NCBI GenBank assembly: GCA_902526175.1
Contig: CABZJY010000001.1
Span: 66,682 to 130,681, forward strand
Length of the DNA stretch: 64,000 nucleotides
Reading direction: 5' to 3'
Source: an uncultured Alphaproteobacteria bacterium
Lineage (GTDB): Bacteria; Pseudomonadota; Alphaproteobacteria; Methylaequorales; Methylaequoraceae
A program made the position numbers and the translations under genes. Under the pieces are notes generated by a model. The model had not been told where the DNA came from. It was given only the letters and a program-made list of their open reading frames with translations, and ran no database searches. How positions within the stretch are numbered: the first letter of the stretch is position 1; every line of letters starts with the position of its first letter. Below are positions 59,984 through 64,000 of the stretch, one piece after another.

Positions 59984-60166
59984 AAATTGTTCCCAGATTA
60001 CTTTGGTTAAAAGTAAGTTTGTTCAGAAGTCGTTCTTAAAAAATAGAAAAACGCAGACACTATTTTCAAAACCGGAAGAAATAAAGTGTTTCAGACCATA
60101 CGCCGAGACACAGAAGTCAAATCGGCAAGGGTTTGAAATTGTTAATTGTTCGCTCTTATTTGTTTT
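59984..60166 (+). repeat. Module M4 (attR-like): left arm with 1x ACGCAGACAC plus a decayed core and terminator, probably the displaced ancestral ssrA 3' end
   Basis: The left arm matches the M3 left arm from AAAATTGTTCCCAGATTACTTTGG. The core reads CAGAAGTCAAATCGGCAAGGGTTTGAAATTGTTAATTGTTCGCTCTTATTTGTTTT, with substitutions and an insertion that break the hairpin. Confidence 0.7.
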
Positions 60167-60215
60167 AGGAAGTCTCGCAAAAATTTCGAAAATATTCTTG
60201 TAATAATATTTGTTT

Positions 60216-61070
60216 TTAAATTACATAACCTATTTTCTCTTTATTGATTTTATTAATTAAATGTTCAGGTTTTTTTGTGAAAAAATGATTTCTCCATATA
60301 GTTCTAGATGATTTTATCTTAGGTTTGGGAATTGTGAGTGGTTTAAATTCTCTGATTAAACCTTTATTAGTCATTAAGTAAGAGTCATAACCAAAATTTA
60401 TCAATAGATTAAATAGTTTATTATTAAAAGGATTATTGATGTTAAACTCTATAATAAGATCAACATTTCTTAATGTTTCCAATATTTTTGTTGATGAAAT
60501 TATTTTATATTCCCACCCTTCAACATCAATTTTAATTAAATAATTTTTTTTTGGATTAATATCTTTAAGTACACTAGAAAAGGGAATTGTACTCACTTCT
60601 ATAGTCTCATATTTAATTTTTTCATAAATTCTTTTCATTTCCTCAATATCTAATGTAGACGAAGATGCAAGTTTAGATGAATTCTTTGCAATAGGTACAT
60701 GGAATTTTGATTTTCCAAATTTATTAGAAATTGCGGTCTCATTAATTTCAAAAAAAATATTATTAAGCTTCATTATTTTTTTTATATATTCAATATTTCT
60801 TGGGTATGCCTCATATGCAGTAGTTGGCCATCCCTTAATTTTTGTTGCATAAAAACTAAATAAACCAATGTTAGCTCCAATATCAAAAAAGTGATCGTAT
60901 CTAAAAAAATCAAAAAAAATTAACATTTCTTCCTCATACGAGTTTGAAATAAATATTTCTATGAGGAGATTAGAGTCCTTAATATTAGTATATTTTGTGC
61001 CTTCAAATATTAGTGAAGGCGGAAATATTCTTAATTTAAATAATATTCTTTTCAATAATGAAGTAAACAT
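60216..61070 (-). CDS. FkbM-family SAM-dependent methyltransferase
   Basis: FFDIGANIGLFSFYATK and AYEAYP motifs. Confidence 0.65.
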   Translation of the reverse strand: MFTSLLKRILFKLRIFPPSLIFEGTKYTNIKDSNLLIEIFISNSYEEEMLIFFDFFRYDHFFDIGANIGLFSFYATKIKGWPTTAYEAYPRNIEYIKKIMKLNNIFFEINETAISNKFGKSKFHVPIAKNSSKLASSSTLDIEEMKRIYEKIKYETIEVSTIPFSSVLKDINPKKNYLIKIDVEGWEYKIISSTKILETLRNVDLIIEFNINNPFNNKLFNLLINFGYDSYLMTNKGLIREFKPLTIPKPKIKSSRTIWRNHFFTKKPEHLINKINKEKIGYVI

Positions 61071-61247
61071 TTTTCAATCTGATGTGTCTGAACAGTAAAC
61101 TATTTTTTTTGTTTTATGAAGATTTTTTTTACTCATCTATTTCATTTCATAAAATCTATTTCTATAATTTTGTCTTTAAGTTATTTATCTATATCTTTTA
61201 AAAATGCGAATAAAATTGTAAAAAAATAATACCAAAATTATATTGAT

Positions 61248-62720
61248 ATGTTGTTTAGTTCCTTTGAGTTTATTTTTATCTTTCTTCCTATAATAATTAT
61301 ACTATTTCTATTTTTTAATAAAAAAAATAGAAATATTTTTTCTTTTGTAATTATTATCTTCTCATTATATTTTTACTCCTTCTCAAATAGTTCTTGGTTA
61401 TTAATATTAGTGTTTTCAATAATATTTAACTTCTTAGTGGGGAAGTCATTAATTAAAAATAGTTCAAAATTAATTCTTTTTTTGGGTATTTTTTCAAATT
61501 TACTTGTATTGATTTATTTTAAATATACAAATTTTTTTTTAGAAAATTTAAACAATTTTTTCTCAATTAAATTAAATTATCTTGATATTATTTTACCTAT
61601 TGGAATATCTTTTTTTACTTTTCAACAAATTGCATTTTTAATTGATGCAAATAAAAAAAAAATTAAAAATCCTTCATTTATCAACTATTCATTATTTGTA
61701 TCTTTTTTTCCACAATTAATTGCAGGACCAATTATTCTTTATGGAGATATAATTAAGCAATTAGAAAAGAAAATTTCTTTTAGGTTTTTTAAGAAAAATT
61801 TTTTTATTGGTTTATTCATATTTAACATTGGTTTATTTAAAAAAATGTGTATTGCAGATACTCTGGAAATATTTTCAAAGCCTATCTTTTACCAAGCAGA
61901 AACTGATCAGACTCTTACTTTTATTGAATGTTGGAGTGGTCTTATTTCATACAGTTTTCAAATCTATTTCGATTTTTCAGGTTATTCAGATATGGCGATA
62001 GGACTTGCAAAAATGTTTGGAATCACATTACCAATAAATTTTAATTCACCTTATAAATCTAATTCAATAATTGAATTCTGGAAAAGGTGGCACATTACTT
62101 TATCGACTTTTTTTAAGCATTATATCTACTTTCCTTTAGGTGGTAATAGAGAAGGTATATTCAGACAATTGTTAAATATTTTGTTTGTTATGACACTTGC
62201 AGGTTTTTGGCATGGAGCTTCTTGGAATTTTATTATTTGGGGAGGACTCCACGGAATATTCATAGTAACTAATCATTTGTGGAGAATTCTTACTAAAAGT
62301 TGGTTTGAGAGTAAAAAATTGAATATTATTAAAGTATTATTAACATTTTTATGTGTTACTGTTGCTTGGGCTTTTTTTAGAGCTGAAACTGTAAATGGTG
62401 CATTAAATATTATATCAGGATGTTTTCCATTCTTTAATTCATCTATATTTTTGGAATATAGTGAGATTGATTATTATCTACCTTACATCTATCAAATTAA
62501 ATGGTTTGTGTTGTTATTTATCGTTATATGGATACTTCCTAATACTAACCAAATTTCAATTTATTTGAAAAGCCCAAGTTTTAAGAGAGGTAGTTTAAGC
62601 ATCTACAAATATAATTTAAATAATAGCTACATACATCTAGTAATTATTTCTTTTTTTCTTTTTATTGCATCATTTCCAGGTAATCAATTAAATCAACCTT
62701 TTATCTATTTTCAATTTTAA
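61248..62720 (+). CDS. MBOAT-family membrane-bound O-acyltransferase (AlgI/DltB-like)
   Basis: FWKRWHITLSTFFKHYIYFPLGGNR and FWHGASWNFIIWG signature blocks with the conserved His; polytopic. Confidence 0.8.
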   Translation: MLFSSFEFIFIFLPIIIILFLFFNKKNRNIFSFVIIIFSLYFYSFSNSSWLLILVFSIIFNFLVGKSLIKNSSKLILFLGIFSNLLVLIYFKYTNFFLENLNNFFSIKLNYLDIILPIGISFFTFQQIAFLIDANKKKIKNPSFINYSLFVSFFPQLIAGPIILYGDIIKQLEKKISFRFFKKNFFIGLFIFNIGLFKKMCIADTLEIFSKPIFYQAETDQTLTFIECWSGLISYSFQIYFDFSGYSDMAIGLAKMFGITLPINFNSPYKSNSIIEFWKRWHITLSTFFKHYIYFPLGGNREGIFRQLLNILFVMTLAGFWHGASWNFIIWGGLHGIFIVTNHLWRILTKSWFESKKLNIIKVLLTFLCVTVAWAFFRAETVNGALNIISGCFPFFNSSIFLEYSEIDYYLPYIYQIKWFVLLFIVIWILPNTNQISIYLKSPSFKRGSLSIYKYNLNNSYIHLVIISFFLFIASFPGNQLNQPFIYFQF

Positions 62721-62722
62721 CT

Positions 62723-63793
62723 ATGAAAAAAAGTATCATTGTATTTACATTTATTTCTTTTATTTCGTTTGAAATATTCATGTATCTCTATGGCGCCATT
62801 TTTTCAAATTATGGAATTAGGGATGACAACTATGGCTATAGATATTTTAAAAATATTCAAATAGTTTTTAATTATAAAAATGAATTAATAAATTTCTCAA
62901 CAAATAACTATGGTTACAGAGACAAAAATTGGAATTTTGAGAGTAATGAAAAAAACAAAAGAATAGCGGTTATTGGAGATAGTATTGTATCGGCATTAGG
63001 AACACATCGAGATAGAAGATTTACTGAAATCTTAGAGAAAAAACTCTCTAAAGGAGAAAACAATTATCAGATTTTAAATATGGGAATTAATGGACAAAGT
63101 GTTATTAATCATATCAATAGCACTGATAGTATAATAAAAGAAATAAACCCTGATTATATTTTTGTAGTTTTATCAACTACCGATGATTTTGATGGCGAAA
63201 ACCACAAAACATTTCTTAATTCAAAGAAATTGACCTATCTTATAAAAAATCAAGAAGTTATAAATTTCCAAGAAAAATTAAATATTTTTGAAGATATTTA
63301 TAGAAAAATTCTTGTTTTAATTAGACAATCCTCAACTATTAATCAAGTTCATAAAACATTTAACTTTATGAAATTTAAATTTATTGAATTTACAAAATCA
63401 TCTTTAGCTGAAACTAATGAGAAATTTGATACAATTGATCATGATTCAATTTGTAACAATTCTGTATTTAAATCAAAAATTAAAATAAATCTAATTGAAA
63501 AAATTCTCATAGATATTAATAAAATAGCTAAAAATAATTTGATTTTGTTACTTTCTCCATCTGAACAAGACTTTTTGTCAAAAAAAAAAAATATTATGAA
63601 TTGCAAAGATAAGATTCATGTCTTTAATTGGTTTGATGAGTTTACGAAAAGACAAAATATCAGTAGAATTAATATTCATAAAAAATTAAATTATAAAAAT
63701 AATATTTTCTTAGATGGAGCTCATTATAATGATCACGGCCACAGGTTAGTTGCAGAAATTATTTATAAAGAATTTATTAAGCTTATGGATTAA
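62723..63793 (+). CDS. SGNH/GDSL-like hydrolase or acyltransferase partner of the MBOAT protein
   Basis: IAVIGDSIV (GDS block I) and C-terminal DGAHYNDHGH (DxxH block V); N-terminal anchor. Confidence 0.55.
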   Translation: MKKSIIVFTFISFISFEIFMYLYGAIFSNYGIRDDNYGYRYFKNIQIVFNYKNELINFSTNNYGYRDKNWNFESNEKNKRIAVIGDSIVSALGTHRDRRFTEILEKKLSKGENNYQILNMGINGQSVINHINSTDSIIKEINPDYIFVVLSTTDDFDGENHKTFLNSKKLTYLIKNQEVINFQEKLNIFEDIYRKILVLIRQSSTINQVHKTFNFMKFKFIEFTKSSLAETNEKFDTIDHDSICNNSVFKSKIKINLIEKILIDINKIAKNNLILLLSPSEQDFLSKKKNIMNCKDKIHVFNWFDEFTKRQNISRINIHKKLNYKNNIFLDGAHYNDHGHRLVAEIIYKEFIKLMD

Positions 63794-63877
63794 AATAAAT
63801 TTGTAGATTATAACTGTTAAATAAAGATTCAATTAAACATAAATTTAATAAAACTTTTAATTCTTCTTTAGACCAAA

Positions 63878-64000
63878 ATGAAAAAAATTAAAATATCAAT
63901 AATTGGATCTGGTTATGTTGGATTAGTAACAGGAGCCTGTCTATCAGAAATGGGACACGAAGTAATCTGTCTTGATAGTAATAATAAGAAAATAAATAGT
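63878..64000 (+). CDS. ugd: UDP-glucose/GDP-mannose 6-dehydrogenase family, N-terminal fragment (continues past the window end)
   Basis: My translation: [41 protein letters not shown], the canonical GxGYVG Rossmann start of this family. Confidence 0.7.
   Translation, partial: MKKIKISIIGSGYVGLVTGACLSEMGHEVICLDSNNKKINS

Larger units (their letters stand above)
50672..60166 (+). mobile_element. Composite genomic island at the ssrA 3' end: five tandem integrase-less cassettes (A-E) bounded by attP-like modules
   Basis: The 49-nt tmRNA 3' end occurs as direct repeats at 50672, 53878, 55807 and 57369, as a decayed copy at 60111 and as a stub at 57558. The cargo is accessory (R-M systems, methyltransferases). 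No recombinase is present in the window. Confidence 0.8.

Noticed and set aside
50672-60166. Whether the regularly spaced direct repeats are a CRISPR array.
   Set aside because: The repeat units are about 265 bp, not 24-48 bp. The 'spacers' are 1.2-2.9 kb and contain complete genes. There are no cas genes, and the repeat is demonstrably the 3' end of ssrA.
50672-60166. Whether this is a classical integron cassette array.
   Set aside because: There is no intI or attI in the window. The boundary elements are not attC-type imperfect palindromes with extrahelical bases. Cassettes hold up to four genes in both orientations, and each boundary contains a terminator. The resemblance is functional only.
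50672-60166. Whether this is a prophage or an ICE.
   Set aside because: There are no capsid, terminase, tail, replication, conjugation or integrase genes, and the total size is only 9.5 kb, divided by internal att-like sites.

Overview
This window is a visibly AT-rich, tightly packed alphaproteobacterial chromosome segment. The gene content and order, and a two-piece permuted tmRNA, make a SAR11/Pelagibacterales-like origin my inference. All protein calls rest on motifs I recognise in the supplied translations; no searches were run.

Positions 1 to about 50.4 kb are ordinary core genome:
- glmU (partial), a HAD phosphatase, tsaC/sua5, an FAD oxidase, tRNA-Phe, maf, infA, hisD-hisG, murA and dcd
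- a glutamate-synthase-like protein and a DAACS transporter preceded by an odd AT-rich tRNA-Thr-like gene
- pyrC, then an asnB/glycosyltransferase/heptosyltransferase block
- ygfZ, meaB, glyQS, ispB, ubiB, apt and a MotA/ExbB-like four-gene operon
- rodA-mrdA-mreDCB, leuA-ilvC-ilvH-ilvI, miaA, degP, hflKC, mrp and thyX

ssrA lies at about 50.45-50.72 kb and encodes the tag ANDNEMVLAA.

The notable region is 50.67-60.17 kb. The last 49 nt of ssrA, including its terminator, recur letter for letter three more times, then once more as a decayed copy and once as a stub. Each internal copy sits inside a roughly 265-bp attP-like module.

These modules delimit five tandem cassettes:
- two restriction-modification pairs
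- an FkbM methyltransferase plus a secreted repeat peptide
- a FliB-like Cys-cluster protein
- one empty cassette

No integrase, excisionase, transposase or phage gene occurs anywhere in the window. Each cassette carries its own 8-10-nt motif in helical-phase tandem copies, three on one end and two on the other. This resembles the arm-type site layout of lambda attP.

I interpret the region as a tmRNA-anchored array of trans-mobilised, integrase-less cassettes. Downstream of the island are surface-glycan modification genes: FkbM, MBOAT, SGNH and the start of ugd.
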